Below, in pieces: positions 47,357 through 58,554 of a stretch of DNA of 64,000 nt. The position numbers and the translations under genes are program-made. Origin of the DNA: an uncultured Verrucomicrobiota bacterium (lineage in GTDB: Bacteria; Verrucomicrobiota; Kiritimatiellia; JAAZAB01); assembly GCA_964486075.1 (NCBI GenBank), contig CAZALU010000002.1, positions 1,013 to 65,012 of the forward strand. Direction: 5' to 3'. Position 1 is the first letter of the stretch. Each line of letters opens with the position of its first letter. Under the pieces are notes generated by a model. That model worked only from the letters and a program-made list of their open reading frames with translations. It was not told the DNA's origin and searched no databases.

Positions 47357-48002
47357 TAAAAAAGCCATTACAGGACTCAATCCAATGACCCATTTCTGGA
47401 ATGCCCGACAGACGGCCAAGAACGGAGGCGCCGGCGCTTCGGCGTCCGTTAAAAAAAGCGCGCCGCGTCCGTTGGCCGACTTGCTTCAGGCCCGGGCGTA
47501 TCCAGCGAAATCCAGATCGGGAAATGGGGTAAAACCTGGTAAAAATGCGGGAGCAACGGCGTTCGCAGCAAGTGGCGCAGCGCGATTTTCCCGTATTTTC
47601 ACGTCGCTTTGCAAGTGGCAGGTGCGCTCTGACGAATCGTAGTGACGATTGACTATGATCCGGACGTGTCCCGGCGAAGTTTCTATACGAAGACGGATGG
47701 CCTCCTGGAATGATTTTTCCTCGATATATTCAGCGCACAGAGTGACGTTACCCGTTTTGTCTGTGGCGACTGACGTCGCATAATATATCTTATGTCGCCT
47801 TATTGCTGGTCTTGGCCACTATCTGTTGAGGTTTTGGAATAGTTAGGCGTCAATTAGCCCCTAGCCTGAATTATTTGTCAACCGGTGAATAATTCACACC
47901 TCCGGGGTCGTGATTGGCGGGTTTAGCGCCACAAAGCTGGGCAACCACGTTGGCGACCGTGTCGCACCATGTAATCAGTCAGGCTAGCGCGCTTAGATCG
48001 GG

Positions 48003-48908
48003 CTAACGCACCAGATAGATTAGTTGTTCCGGTTTGCCGTTGCGCTCGATGTCCAGTACGAACCCATTTACGCGGTTGTTCACAAATTCTCGAATGAAGT
48101 ATTCCGCTCGGGTTTGACTGATCATCGGTATCTTGTTGACCGTGCGGATGACATCGTTCTGTTTTAATCCGAAAGCATTGAACATGTCGCCTTCGCCCTC
48201 GATCGCCAGTGTATAACCCGCTATCTTATCGGCCTTGTATACTGGTTTAAGGGAATCAAAAACTTTAGCCAGGCGTTCGGTGTTGTTAAGCAGCTCTGAA
48301 TAGTATTCGAGCAAATTTTCGCGTTTCAGTACCCATCGCGTTGCGCCCACCCGCTTGCCGAACCGATTTAGCATTTCTGACCCGCCAGCGGCCATTTCAG
48401 CGTTTTTATTCGTTCCGCCAGGTAGGGGGCGTTTGTCTGAAAAGCTCAGTCGCAATTCCTCGTCCCGATCCCCTGCCCTGACAATTATTTTCTCGGGGAA
48501 AATAGAAATAACCTTGACCGATTGATCCAGCAAATCGCCCTCGCATACCAATTGCTGTTGCTTGCGCTGCAGATCGTCAATGATTGCTTTGCGGGCCTGT
48601 TGGTTGCTGCCTATCGCAAAGAAAGTGCCCGCCAGTCGAAAACGCTTTGCAAGCGGACCTAAATTCTCCAGCAACGGTTCCGTAGCACGTTTTTTAAAAA
48701 CAGAACCATCGAACTCTCCGACGTCGCCCGGTGGTGAAGCCGGCCATGCGAGCGGCATGGCCGGGCGCACGGAGGAGGTTCTTGGGCATGGCGTGGGCAG
48801 CCTGGCATATAAACGGGTGTAGCCCCCGGCCAATAGCAAGGCGGCGATGAGACTCGCCCAGGATAACCCTCGCAGCCAATCATGGGTGAAATATCTTGCC
48901 ATGGCCAA
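48003..48908 (-). CDS. hypothetical membrane-anchored protein with C-terminal PDZ-like domain (GspC-like?)
   Basis: N-terminal TM segment LSWASLIAALLLAGGY. The C-terminal GYTLAIEGEGDMFNAFGLKQNDVIRTVNKIPMISQ resembles the PDZ domain of type II secretion GspC. The assignment is tentative. Confidence 0.4.
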   Translation of the reverse strand: MAMARYFTHDWLRGLSWASLIAALLLAGGYTRLYARLPTPCPRTSSVRPAMPLAWPASPPGDVGEFDGSVFKKRATEPLLENLGPLAKRFRLAGTFFAIGSNQQARKAIIDDLQRKQQQLVCEGDLLDQSVKVISIFPEKIIVRAGDRDEELRLSFSDKRPLPGGTNKNAEMAAGGSEMLNRFGKRVGATRWVLKRENLLEYYSELLNNTERLAKVFDSLKPVYKADKIAGYTLAIEGEGDMFNAFGLKQNDVIRTVNKIPMISQTRAEYFIREFVNNRVNGFVLDIERNGKPEQLIYLVR

Positions 48909-48947
48909 ATAACCGAAGATATGGCTATGCTATACGGTCCGCGCGCT

Positions 48948-49423
48948 ATGGATACCAGCGGCCGAAGCTATAAGCCGGATTCTGTGCTCCGCTGCCGGGA
49001 CAATCGCGTCCCGGATTGGACGACGGCCATTTGTCTTGCTGTTGCCGTCGCAAGGACGGGAACAGACTTATTGCGATCAACCCGAAACTGCCCCCGATAT
49101 TACATCGGGGTTAAGGCGGGCCGCCCGTGACAGTTTCATATTTGATCTTGCTCCAGGTGGGGTTTGCCTTGCCCCCGACATTGCTGTCGAGGCGGTGGTC
49201 TCTTACACCGCCATTTCACCCTTACCCCGCTCACCTCTGCAGAGAGGCCCGCAGGGCGGTATTTTTTCTGTGGCACTTTCCGTATCCCGCGCATTACCGC
49301 GGGATCCCCCGGCATTACGCCGGGGCACCCTGCCCTTTGGAGTCCGGACTTTCCTCCCCCCCATCCCGGACTAAAACCACCCGGGAGGCGGAGCGGCCGT
49401 CCACTGCAACCGCCGATATCCAA
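48948..49423 (-). ncRNA. rnpB: RNase P RNA, bacterial type A
   Basis: The minus-strand sequence contains the universally conserved P4 elements GGAGGAAAGUCCGGACUCCAAAGGGCAGGGUGC at the 5' side and CACAGAAUCCGGCUUAUAG near the 3' end. The interior has AAGGGUGAAAUGGCGGUGUAAGAGACCACC (P10/11/12 region). The P1 stem pairs 5' GGAUAUCGGCGGUUG with 3' CUUCGGCCGCUGGUAUCC. Overall length is ~475 nt. Confidence 0.85.
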
Positions 49424-49445
49424 TAAAAATACTAACAAACCAGGG

Positions 49446-50165
49446 CTAGTGTTTCCAGTATAAAATACGGCCGCAGAAATCGCAGGTTATGATCTCCTCC
49501 GCCCGGCGGGTGTCGTGAATTACCTGGGGCGGCAGCGTCATGTGACATTGTCCGCAGGCGCTGTTTTCAATCAAAACCAGCGCCTTGTCTTTCTTGTGAT
49601 CCATGACGTGATTATAGCGTGCGAGCCAGGCGGGATCGACCACGGCAGCCAAGCCATCCCTGGCTTGGCGGATCTTTTGCATTTCCTGCTCCAGGTTGTT
49701 GCGCCGCGTCTCCAGATTCTGCAATTCTTCCTGAATATGGGCGGCATCCTTTTCCAATTTTGAATTCTGCAATGCCACATCTGACTGGGCGAGATCGGCC
49801 TGTTCCATGGCTTCGATGGCGCGTTCTTCAAATCCGTCGATTTTGTCCTGGCAATGGGCGATTTCGTTATTTAATGCGCGATATTCTTCGTTGGACTTGA
49901 TCTGGTACTGCTGTTCCCGCAATTTTATTATTTGCTGGCGGCAGGTCTCTATTTCCAATTCCCACTGTTTGATGGCCGCCTGCCTGGTTTTCAGGTTTTC
50001 CTTGGCCTGCGCCAAGGCCTGGCGGGCATCGTCAATGGCGGATTGTATTTCTTTCTGGCGGGCGGGAATGTTGTCCAGCTCACGCTGGCACTGGGCAAGC
50101 TGGTTGTCGTGCTCTTGCACAACGAGCAGCTTGTCTATGATCTTAAGTACAGCTTGCTTTTCCAT
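49446..50165 (-). CDS. zinc-ribbon / coiled-coil protein (COG1579, DUF164 family)
   Basis: A long coiled coil is followed by a C-terminal C4 zinc ribbon CGQCHMTLPPQ...CDFCGRILY. The start was set at MEKQAVLKI (50165); the ORF-track extension to 50360 looks non-coding. It lies immediately upstream of rnpB. Confidence 0.65.
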   Translation of the reverse strand: MEKQAVLKIIDKLLVVQEHDNQLAQCQRELDNIPARQKEIQSAIDDARQALAQAKENLKTRQAAIKQWELEIETCRQQIIKLREQQYQIKSNEEYRALNNEIAHCQDKIDGFEERAIEAMEQADLAQSDVALQNSKLEKDAAHIQEELQNLETRRNNLEQEMQKIRQARDGLAAVVDPAWLARYNHVMDHKKDKALVLIENSACGQCHMTLPPQVIHDTRRAEEIITCDFCGRILYWKH

Positions 50166-50275
50166 GGCAGCAACTATACAATATCCGGCGAAACGTTCAC
50201 AAGCTAATATTAACACGCCCGGATGCGGGAGGAATAACGGCGGCAACAACAGGCGCGCCCTGCGAGGGAAAGAAT

Positions 50276-50719
50276 ATGGCCGGTAAAACAAAAGAGGGCA
50301 AACTGCGCAGCAGACGCGGGCAATTAACACTGCTGGGCAGGAAGACCGGAACGTTGCCAACCAGTCCTGACCAAGCCAGAATAGAAACCTTTTGTAATAA
50401 ATATCCGCAGCGCAATTATAACGTTTCTATCGAATGTCCGGAATTCACAGCGTTATGTCCGCTAACCAGCCAGCCGGATTTCGGCGTTATCGTCATCGAG
50501 TATGCGCCGAACCAGCTTTGCATTGAAAGCAAGTCGCTCAAGTTATATCTGCATTCATTCCGTAATATCGGCATGTTTTATGAGGAAGCGGTGAACCGAA
50601 TTCTCGACGATATAGTTAAAGCCTGCCGCCCCCGCAAAGCCAAGGTAACCGGCGTCTTCAATCCCCGGGGCGGCATTGCCATCACCGTGACCGCCGCCTA
50701 TCCCCCACCCCGCCGATAA
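50276..50719 (+). CDS. queF: NADPH-dependent 7-cyano-7-deazaguanine reductase
   Basis: EFTALCPLTSQPDFGVIVIEYAPNQLCIESKSLKLYLHSFRN matches the QueF Cys-thioimide and ESKSLKLY motifs. Unimodular type, ~140 aa. Confidence 0.8.
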   Translation: MAGKTKEGKLRSRRGQLTLLGRKTGTLPTSPDQARIETFCNKYPQRNYNVSIECPEFTALCPLTSQPDFGVIVIEYAPNQLCIESKSLKLYLHSFRNIGMFYEEAVNRILDDIVKACRPRKAKVTGVFNPRGGIAITVTAAYPPPRR

Positions 50720-50742
50720 TCCGCACGCAATTCTCGTGGAAT

Positions 50743-52240
50743 TTATTTCCACCCCTTACACGTTACCAGCAAGGTCTTCACCTCAAAGGGACGGAAGGTC
50801 AGCTTAATCTTGCCGCCCGCAAGTTGCACCTTGTTGCCCGTCGGGTTTTCCAGAAAATTAACTTCCCGGGCCGCGCTGATGCCTTGGCCTAGTTCTATAA
50901 TTGCCGCGCACGACCGGGCCTCTGGCAGGAACAGGCGCAGCACAATGCCGGTCGAATGCTCGGCGCGGCGCATGGCTGTGCAGAGAACCGAAGCGCTCCC
51001 TCGAATTACCAGCTGGGGCGCTTGGCTCAGCCGCGCACCGTCCGTAAGAACCGGCACCATGGAACGATTGAACGCCATGCCTTTGCGCACCAAGCTGGCG
51101 TTGGATGCTTTCGTTCCATGCGGTTCGAACGCGAACCGTATGACGTGTTTCCCGTTGTCCGTCTCCGGGTCGGGGGCATACGGATTTCGCAATAGCGTGA
51201 TGCGCAGCCGGGGACCCAGGGCATCCGTTCCATATTTCGAATCGTTGTATAAAGTGAATCCGAATTCCTGCCCCGATACGTCCGCCCATTTCTGAGTCGG
51301 CATTTCCAGGCCATTGGCCGGGATCTCGTCCACCGAGAACGGACCTTCGGGCCTCGTCAATGACTTGGAATACGTTTAACGCCAGCTCGGCGTGTGTGCT
51401 TGGCCCGTGAGTGAGCGGACGCGGGGCACCGTAGGCGACAAGTTCACGCCGTGAGCGTTTTGTCCCAGTAGGAGCCGATGGCGCCCGACGGCGTATGGAG
51501 CTTGACGATGGCTTGCGGGCTCTCCACCTCGAAGTAATCGCCCTTTTCCGTTACGGCGATCCTCGGGAACTCCCGCGCTTGGGGCAGTTCGAACAGGATA
51601 CGATAGGTCCTTTGCGAGAAGGCCGGAACCTTTGTTGCTATGAAGACAAAATTTTTATCCAATCTTTGGACCGGGATGAGTTGTCCATCCGAGTTCTGCA
51701 AGGCAACGGTATGGCGTGGCAGAGCGGCGCGCATCGGCTCGGTTCGCTCGAACCCAAGCGGGTTAAGCAAGGTCAAGTAATGCCCTTTGCGATCGGCCTT
51801 AACCAGCACGGCAACGGACGCGCTGATCACCCGGGCGGCCGTTGCCCGTGACGACTCGGCCCGCCGGTGCGCGTCGCTGTAACTGTCATGAACGGCGGCG
51901 CCATCGAAATGTCGTGAAATTGATTGAACAGCACTGGAATCCACACAGCGTGGAGTGCCGCGGTCCTATCCAGACCGGCTAATGCCGAGAGCGATTCTGC
52001 GGCCAGCAGATCGGCTTCGCACCTCCGATTGTCGCGTTTCAAGGCGGCGTGGGTGGTAAAACATCCTTCAAAATGGAGTAACATTGTCCCTTGGCTCAGG
52101 GTAAGTGTCGGGCGCCTAAAGAATCTTGGCTTTGCGGCCAAGGTGTTTAGTTGACCAGTCGGCGGCATACAACATGTGGCGGGCAATGGATTCACCATCG
52201 GCCATATTGAGATCGCCCTCGACCCAGGTGCCGGCCGCAT
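50743..52240 (-). pseudogene. alpha-mannosidase (GH38) remnant: 5'-truncated and multiply frameshifted
   Basis: Three minus-strand ORF fragments carry GH38 regions. Fragment 51827-52240 has the NQFHD motif (WIPVLFNQFHDI). Fragments 51444-51944 and 50743-51360 have the central and C-terminal domains (LYNDSKYGTDALGPRLRITLLRNPYAPDPETDNGKHVIRF). Frame changes occur between fragments. The ~300-aa catalytic N-terminal region is missing because the intact GH4 gene starts at 52633. Confidence 0.65.
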
Positions 52241-52632
52241 TTTCCCAGCGGCCTTCCTTGACCCTCGACTGGATATTGCGCAAGATAGCTGGGTCTAACT
52301 TTCTGGCCGTCGTATAATCGGAACCTGGCCCATGGTAAAGGTCAACTCAGGATAATCGTCCATCATCTTGGTCACTGATTTTTTCTAAGGGCCTTGCCCG
52401 TTTTTTTCGAGCTTGTGCCAGGTCTGCTTGAACTCGAAATCGAGCGGCCGGCGCAGAGGGTTGGCAGGGTAACGCCACTCCAGCGCCAGACGCCCGTTGA
52501 GTTCGGTGGATTGCTTGTCCAGTTCAGCCAGTAATTTTGGTCAGTCATGCCCCCCCCCCACCCTCTTCGGCAGTGCGCTGGATAAGGCTGTCGATATTCG
52601 ATTTTTTACATCCACTCCGGCGATGGAAAGAT

Positions 52633-53961
52633 TTAAATCTTCAGATGTCTGAACTGTGGCAGATACTTCTTGTTCTGGTTTAACATGGTCTGGACCATGC
52701 GCTTGATTTCCGCCAGCGAAAGCACCGCCGCGCTCAGGGGATCGTAGGCAATGGCTTGGAACACCAGGCGCGGGTTGCCGGTCAGGGCGGCTTCTACGGC
52801 CATTTCCTCCACGGCCACGCTGATGTTGTTCAAGGCGGCGCATTGCGGCGGCAAGGCTCCGACATGCACCGGGTTAAATCCGCGCCGGCTGGCGAAGATC
52901 GGCACTTCCACGCAGACGTTTGGAGGCAAGTTCGTGATCAGCCCGGTATTCGGCACGTTGCCGTTGAACTCGAAAACCTCTCCGCCCATCCGCGCGTTAA
53001 TTATGGCCGATGCATATTCCTGGCCACGCTTCAGATCCAGGGGCTTCGGGTTTTTTAGCCAGGCTCGTATTTCTTTACGCCAGGTGCGCTTGGCGCGACG
53101 ATAGCAATCCAAGATATAAGCGTGTTTGCCCGGATTCCAATCCGAGCCCGTAGTGCAGTATTTCTTGATCAGGTCCGGCCGTTTCCGGTACCACCAGCTG
53201 TATTCCGAGTTGTGCCCGCTGGATTCGGTGACGTAATAATCCAAGTGCAGGAACATATCGTTGCGGACCAGCTCATTCCGTTTGATTTTAGGATTTTCAA
53301 GGACCGCTTTACGAAGAAGCGGATAGGCGTCGCGGTTCTTCCATAAATATTTTACATACCAGGACTGGTGATTAATCCCGCCACAGACATAGTTGATTTC
53401 GCTCATGGGAGCTCCGATAAACTCCGCCAGCATCTGAGCCGTACCCTGCACACTGTGACAAAGCCCGGTCAACTGGATGCTGCTTTGCCTTTGCATGGCC
53501 CGGCACAGCATGGCCATGGGGTTGGTATAGTTCAGCAGAATCGCGTTCGGGCAAACTTCCTCCATATCGCGGCAGATGCTCAGCATGACCGGAATGGTGC
53601 GCAGTGCCCGAAATACGCCCGCCACGCTGCGCGTGTCCCCGATATTCATGTCCACGCCATAGCGCTTGGGAATCGTGATGTCATACTGCCAGACATCGAC
53701 ATCCCCGGCCAGAATCGTGCAGATGACGGCGTCGGCGCCTTTGAGGGCCTGTCGGCGATTCGTGGTGGCGATGACCCGCGCGGAATAATGGCCTTCACGG
53801 ATGATACGTTCGACCGCTTGCCGGACAAAGCCCAGCCGTTCGGGGTTGATATCCATAAGTACCAGGGTTGCATTCTCCAGTAATGGATACGTGAGAATAT
53901 CTCGGACCAAGGTCCTTGTGAACCCGAAACTGCCCGCGCCGATAAAAGTGATTTGAGCCAT
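52633..53961 (-). CDS. glycoside hydrolase family 4 (NAD+/Mn2+-dependent alpha-glucosidase/alpha-galactosidase)
   Basis: 442 aa; N-terminal Rossmann motif [15 protein letters not shown] and the conserved GH4 CHSV/GINH region (GLCHSVQG...CGGINHQSW). Confidence 0.85.
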   Translation of the reverse strand: MAQITFIGAGSFGFTRTLVRDILTYPLLENATLVLMDINPERLGFVRQAVERIIREGHYSARVIATTNRRQALKGADAVICTILAGDVDVWQYDITIPKRYGVDMNIGDTRSVAGVFRALRTIPVMLSICRDMEEVCPNAILLNYTNPMAMLCRAMQRQSSIQLTGLCHSVQGTAQMLAEFIGAPMSEINYVCGGINHQSWYVKYLWKNRDAYPLLRKAVLENPKIKRNELVRNDMFLHLDYYVTESSGHNSEYSWWYRKRPDLIKKYCTTGSDWNPGKHAYILDCYRRAKRTWRKEIRAWLKNPKPLDLKRGQEYASAIINARMGGEVFEFNGNVPNTGLITNLPPNVCVEVPIFASRRGFNPVHVGALPPQCAALNNISVAVEEMAVEAALTGNPRLVFQAIAYDPLSAAVLSLAEIKRMVQTMLNQNKKYLPQFRHLKI

Positions 53962-53993
53962 GGCTGTTGTATGTCCTTTCGTTTTGTTGGTTG

Positions 53994-55706
53994 CTATGTG
54001 TAACGGAGGACTTCCTCCACGCTGGTTTGCCCGTCAAAAACATTACGCAACCCGTCATCGCGCAGCAGGCGCATGCCGTCCGCCAAGGCCTTGTTGCGGA
54101 TATCCAGCGTGGGTTGCCGCTGGCTGATCATCGTGCGCAGGGTGTCGTTGATGGCCATTATTTCATACAAGCCTTTACGTCCTCGATAGCCGGTATCATG
54201 GCACTCATGACAACCCTTGCCGTAATAGAAAGGACGTCCCCCCATGGATTCCTCGGTCATGTTCAGCAGGTCCAGCATCTGCTGATCGGGCGTGAAAGCA
54301 GTTTTGCAGTTGGCGCAAATCCGGCGAACCAGGCGCTGGGCGAGGATGCATTCAATCGACGAGGCCATCAGAAATGGCTCCACGTTCATATCGGTCAGAC
54401 GGGTTATGGCCCCGGCTGCATCGTTGGTATGCAGGGTGGTCAGCACCAGGTGTCCGGTCAGCGACGATTGGATGGCCATGCCAGCTGTTTCCGCGTCGCG
54501 GACTTCCCCGATCATGATGATGTCGGGATCCTGGCGTAAAAAATGACGCAGGATTTTGGCAAATGTAACTCCCACATCCTCGTTGACCTGGACCTGGACC
54601 AGGCCCTCGATGGGATACTCCACCGGGTCTTCGATGGTGATCAATTTCGATTCCATGACGTTGATCCGGCGCAGCGCGGAATAGAGCGTAGTTGTTTTAC
54701 CGGAGCCGGTGGGGCCCGTGACAATTATGATTCCGTTCGGTTTTAGAATATTCTGAAGAAAAACATCATGGACATCCTGAGGCATGCCGAGGTTATCCAG
54801 TTCCAGGGACACGGTGGATCGGTCCAGGATCCGGAGCACAACGCTTTCCCCAAACTGGGTCGGCAATGTCGAAACACGAAAATCGATGGGCCGGCCCAGC
54901 AGGTTCATCTGGATGCGATTGTCCTGGGGCTTGCGGCGCTCGGCAATGTTCATCCCGGCCATGACCTTGATGCGCGAAATAACCGGCAGGGCCAGACTGC
55001 GCGGTGGCGGCTGCATTTCATAAAGGGCACCGTCCACCCGGTAGCGGATTTTGAACTCCTTTTCAAAAGGCTCGAAATGGATATCGGAGGCCTTGGACTG
55101 CACGGCCTCGTAAAGAATCAAGTTCACGAAACGGACCACGGGCGCCGAGTTGGCCATTTCTTCGAGACCCGTTTCATCTTCGGCTTTTCCTTCCGTCAGC
55201 TTGAGGGTCATGCCCTCTTCGAGCTCCGACTCTAAAGCCGCAAGCATATCGTTAATGGAGGCGTCGTCATTGCTGTAAACGCGGCCGATCAGGGTCTTGA
55301 TTTCGTCTTCACGGGCCATGACAAAGGTAATATCCCGCGTCAGTACGAAGCGGATCTCATCCACGATTTCGGGGGTTGGCAGCTGGGATATGGCCAGCGT
55401 GACGGCATTGGGCCGGGTGGCTACAGGTACGACATTATACATGCGAGCCACGCTGGCGGGAATGGATTGGAGCACTTGGGGCTGGATTTCCTTGTCCTTC
55501 AGGCTGATCATCGTGATCCCGAGGTGATTGGCAATCAAGGCCAGCAACTCGTCTTCATGCATCATGCCCGTGTCGATGACGATTTTGCGGACAGAATTGG
55601 CGGTCCGGTCCTGTGCCTCGCGGACATCCTCCAATTGAGCGGCGGTCAGCGCCCCGTTGTCGATCATCAGCTGCAGCAGCGAATCCTGGATGGGTTCATC
55701 CGTCAT
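53994..55706 (-). CDS. GspE/PilB family secretion ATPase (type II secretion / type IV pilus assembly ATPase), paralog A
   Basis: 570 aa; N-terminal T2SSE_N-like domains, Walker [12 protein letters not shown], Asp/His boxes, and a tetracysteine motif CANCKTAF...CHEC. Confidence 0.85.
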   Translation of the reverse strand: MTDEPIQDSLLQLMIDNGALTAAQLEDVREAQDRTANSVRKIVIDTGMMHEDELLALIANHLGITMISLKDKEIQPQVLQSIPASVARMYNVVPVATRPNAVTLAISQLPTPEIVDEIRFVLTRDITFVMAREDEIKTLIGRVYSNDDASINDMLAALESELEEGMTLKLTEGKAEDETGLEEMANSAPVVRFVNLILYEAVQSKASDIHFEPFEKEFKIRYRVDGALYEMQPPPRSLALPVISRIKVMAGMNIAERRKPQDNRIQMNLLGRPIDFRVSTLPTQFGESVVLRILDRSTVSLELDNLGMPQDVHDVFLQNILKPNGIIIVTGPTGSGKTTTLYSALRRINVMESKLITIEDPVEYPIEGLVQVQVNEDVGVTFAKILRHFLRQDPDIIMIGEVRDAETAGMAIQSSLTGHLVLTTLHTNDAAGAITRLTDMNVEPFLMASSIECILAQRLVRRICANCKTAFTPDQQMLDLLNMTEESMGGRPFYYGKGCHECHDTGYRGRKGLYEIMAINDTLRTMISQRQPTLDIRNKALADGMRLLRDDGLRNVFDGQTSVEEVLRYT

Positions 55707-55714
55707 AAATGCCT

Positions 55715-56812
55715 CTAGCGTCTTTTCGAATCCCGTCCCTGTAGTTTATTGAGAATTGCTTCGGGGTCCTGGGCCTTGGTGATCAGATCCTCGTAATTGA
55801 TTATTCCGGCTTCGTAGAGCACCAGCAGGTGTGCATCCAGGGTGAGCATGCCCCACTTGGCGCCGGTTTGAATATCCGACGTGATGCGAAATGTTTTGTT
55901 GTCGCGAATCAAGGCTTGAATGGACGGTGTGCTGATCATAATCTCAAATGCCGCCACCCGCCCCGGCTTGTCCTTGCGGATGATCAGCAGTTGTGAGATG
56001 ACCGCGACGATGCTGGATGCCAGCTGGGTGCGAATCTGTTCCTGCTGGGTGGTTGGAAAGGCATCCACAATCCGGTCCACGGTGCGCGCGGCGCCGGTCG
56101 TATGCAGCGTGGCAAAGACCAAGTGCCCGGTTTCCGCAGCGGAGATGGCTGCTTCCATCGTCGGCAAATCGCGCATTTCGCCGACCATTATCACATCCGG
56201 ATCCTGGCGCAGGGCGCGGATCAGGGCTTCTTTGAAGCCGGGCACGTCGACCCCGATCTCGCGCTGGGTGACGATCGATTTTTTGTGAGAGTGGTAATAT
56301 TCAATGGGATCCTCGATGGTGATAATATGGCAATCCCGTTCTATATTGATCAGGTCGATCATGCTGGCCAGGGTGCTGGTTTTGCCGGAGCCGGTCGGAC
56401 CGGTAATGAGAATCAGGCCCCGCGGACGGAACAGCATGTCTTTCACCTGCGAGGGTAACCCGATCTCGTCCAAGGTCATCAACTTATTGGGAATCTGCCG
56501 GAGGACCATGCCGCAATTACCCTTGGATTTCAGTACGCTGACACGGAAACGGGCCGCGTTGCCGAAGCTGAATCCGAAATCTATCCCGCCGACTTCACGG
56601 ACCTTTTGCTGGTAAGCGTCAGAGGTGATGCTCTTCATTAGTCGGTCGGTATCTTCGGGGGTCAGTGCCGGCAGATCCACGGATTGCAGATGGCCGTGGA
56701 GCCTGAGCATGGGCGGCAAACCCACGTTGATATGTAAATCCGATGCGCCTTCGTCCACGACGACCTGCAGCAGATCGCTCATGCTTACCTTCGTGTTTGC
56801 GCTTTCCGTCAT
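55715..56812 (-). CDS. pilT: twitching-motility (pilus retraction) ATPase PilT
   Basis: 365 aa; [16 protein letters not shown] Walker [24 protein letters not shown]-like ([23 protein letters not shown]) and a C-terminal PilT motif. Confidence 0.9.
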   Translation of the reverse strand: MTESANTKVSMSDLLQVVVDEGASDLHINVGLPPMLRLHGHLQSVDLPALTPEDTDRLMKSITSDAYQQKVREVGGIDFGFSFGNAARFRVSVLKSKGNCGMVLRQIPNKLMTLDEIGLPSQVKDMLFRPRGLILITGPTGSGKTSTLASMIDLINIERDCHIITIEDPIEYYHSHKKSIVTQREIGVDVPGFKEALIRALRQDPDVIMVGEMRDLPTMEAAISAAETGHLVFATLHTTGAARTVDRIVDAFPTTQQEQIRTQLASSIVAVISQLLIIRKDKPGRVAAFEIMISTPSIQALIRDNKTFRITSDIQTGAKWGMLTLDAHLLVLYEAGIINYEDLITKAQDPEAILNKLQGRDSKRR

Positions 56813-56815
56813 GCG

Positions 56816-58510
56816 TCAATCCCCCATGGTAATGCCCAGGACTTCCTGGAGCGTGGTCATGCCCGATATAACTTTACGGATACCATCTTCACGCAGGGTC
56901 CGCATCCCGACTTCCCGCGCTCGGCGCCGCAGTTCATCCGAAGTTATTTTTTTAAAGATCAGCTCCTTGATATCGTCGTTGATAATAAAAATTTCAAAAA
57001 GGCCTTTGCGTCCGAGATATCCAGTTTGGGCGCAGACACTGCAACCGGCGCCCTTGAACAGTTGGACTTGGGATAACTGCGTTTCCGTCGGGCCCAACAT
57101 GCGGAGTTCCTCTTCTGTTGGTTGATAAGGCTCCCTGCATTTTTCACAAATTACCCTGACCAATCGTTGGGCCACTACCGCCCGGATGGAGGAAGCCAGC
57201 AAGAATGGCTTGACCCCCATGTCCAGCAGGCGCGTGATCGAGCTGGGAGCGTCATTGGTGTGCAAGGTGCTGAAAACCAGGTGCCCGGTCAACGAAGCGT
57301 TGATGGCGATCTCAGCCGTGTCAAAATCGCGGATTTCACCGATCATGATTATATTGGGCGCCTGGCGCAGAATGGCACGTAAAACTGAAGGAAACGTCAG
57401 CCCGATGTCCTCGCGGACCTGGACCTGGTTGATGCCCGATAACTGATATTCCACAGGGTCTTCCACCGTAATGATCTTGCAATCGGGGCGGTTGAGGTGA
57501 TTCAGCACGGCATAAAGCGTTGTGGTTTTGCCGGAGCCGGTCGGACCGGTGATCAGCAGAATACCGTCAGGCATTCCGACCTGCTTTTCAAACACCTGCT
57601 GATCGTCGGCAAAGAACCCGAGCTTGGGCAGTCCCAGCACCAGGCTTTGCTTGCTGAGGATACGCATGACCATGCTTTCCCCATGGTTGGCGGGAACGGT
57701 AGACACGCGCAGGTCAAGGTCCTCGCCGCCCACATTAATCTGGATGCGCCCGTCTTGAGGCAGGCGTTTTTCCGCAATTTTCATGCCCGCCATGAGTTTC
57801 AGGCGGCTGAGGATGGTGGATTGCAGGCGCTTGGGCGGGTTCTCCACCTCGCGCAGGACACCGTCGATGCGATAGCGGATGCGAAAACTTTTTTCCATGG
57901 GCTCAAGGTGGATGTCAGAGGCGCGGTTGCGTTGGGCCTCGAGGATAATCAGGCTGACCAGCTTGATGATTGGCGCATCGGAATCCGTGGCTTCCATTTC
58001 GTCCGGCAAAGATCCTATGCTTGTCGATATCTTGCCGGTTACGTCGTTTTTGCCGATCAGTTCCTCGATCGTTTTTGCCTGACGCCCGTAATAATGATCC
58101 TGGGCAATCGCGATTTCTTCGTCCGAAGCCACGATACCCTCGACATTGCGCTTGAGAATGTAACGCAGGCTGTCCAAGGTTTCGATGTCCAGGGGGTCGG
58201 ACAACGCGACGGTCAGGGTGTTGTCGTTGTCGAACACGGGCATCACCTTGTAGCGGCGGGCTACGGCGGCGGGAACCTGTTTGAGGATCTCCGGAGTGAT
58301 ATCCTGGTCCGCAAGAACGATCACGTCCATGCCCAGCTGCATGGCCACGGTTTTCAGGACCTCCATCTTGGAGATCACTCCGGTGTCCACGAGCACGTCC
58401 ACAACGCTCTTGTTTGCATCGGCCAGCGGCTTGGCCGCCTCGATCTGCTCGGCCTGGATCAGGCCGACATCCTTGAGAATCTCGATGATGTAATCGTCGT
58501 TGCCTGTCAC
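56816..58510 (-). CDS. GspE/PilB family secretion ATPase, paralog B
   Basis: 564 aa; same architecture as paralog A (Walker [12 protein letters not shown]; CEKCREPY...CSVC tetracysteine). The stop is 4 nt before the pilT start. Confidence 0.85.
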   Translation of the reverse strand: MTGNDDYIIEILKDVGLIQAEQIEAAKPLADANKSVVDVLVDTGVISKMEVLKTVAMQLGMDVIVLADQDITPEILKQVPAAVARRYKVMPVFDNDNTLTVALSDPLDIETLDSLRYILKRNVEGIVASDEEIAIAQDHYYGRQAKTIEELIGKNDVTGKISTSIGSLPDEMEATDSDAPIIKLVSLIILEAQRNRASDIHLEPMEKSFRIRYRIDGVLREVENPPKRLQSTILSRLKLMAGMKIAEKRLPQDGRIQINVGGEDLDLRVSTVPANHGESMVMRILSKQSLVLGLPKLGFFADDQQVFEKQVGMPDGILLITGPTGSGKTTTLYAVLNHLNRPDCKIITVEDPVEYQLSGINQVQVREDIGLTFPSVLRAILRQAPNIIMIGEIRDFDTAEIAINASLTGHLVFSTLHTNDAPSSITRLLDMGVKPFLLASSIRAVVAQRLVRVICEKCREPYQPTEEELRMLGPTETQLSQVQLFKGAGCSVCAQTGYLGRKGLFEIFIINDDIKELIFKKITSDELRRRAREVGMRTLREDGIRKVISGMTTLQEVLGITMGD

Positions 58511-58554
58511 TGCGTTATTCCTTCCCCTATGTCCGATGCGATCGCATCATAGTC

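Noticed and set aside
47163-47642. 159-aa plus-strand ORF extending past the comEC stop
   Set aside because: The first part is an alternative frame inside comEC. The part beyond 47356 is Gly/Ala/Ser low-complexity sequence with no ribosome-binding site. It is treated as non-coding.
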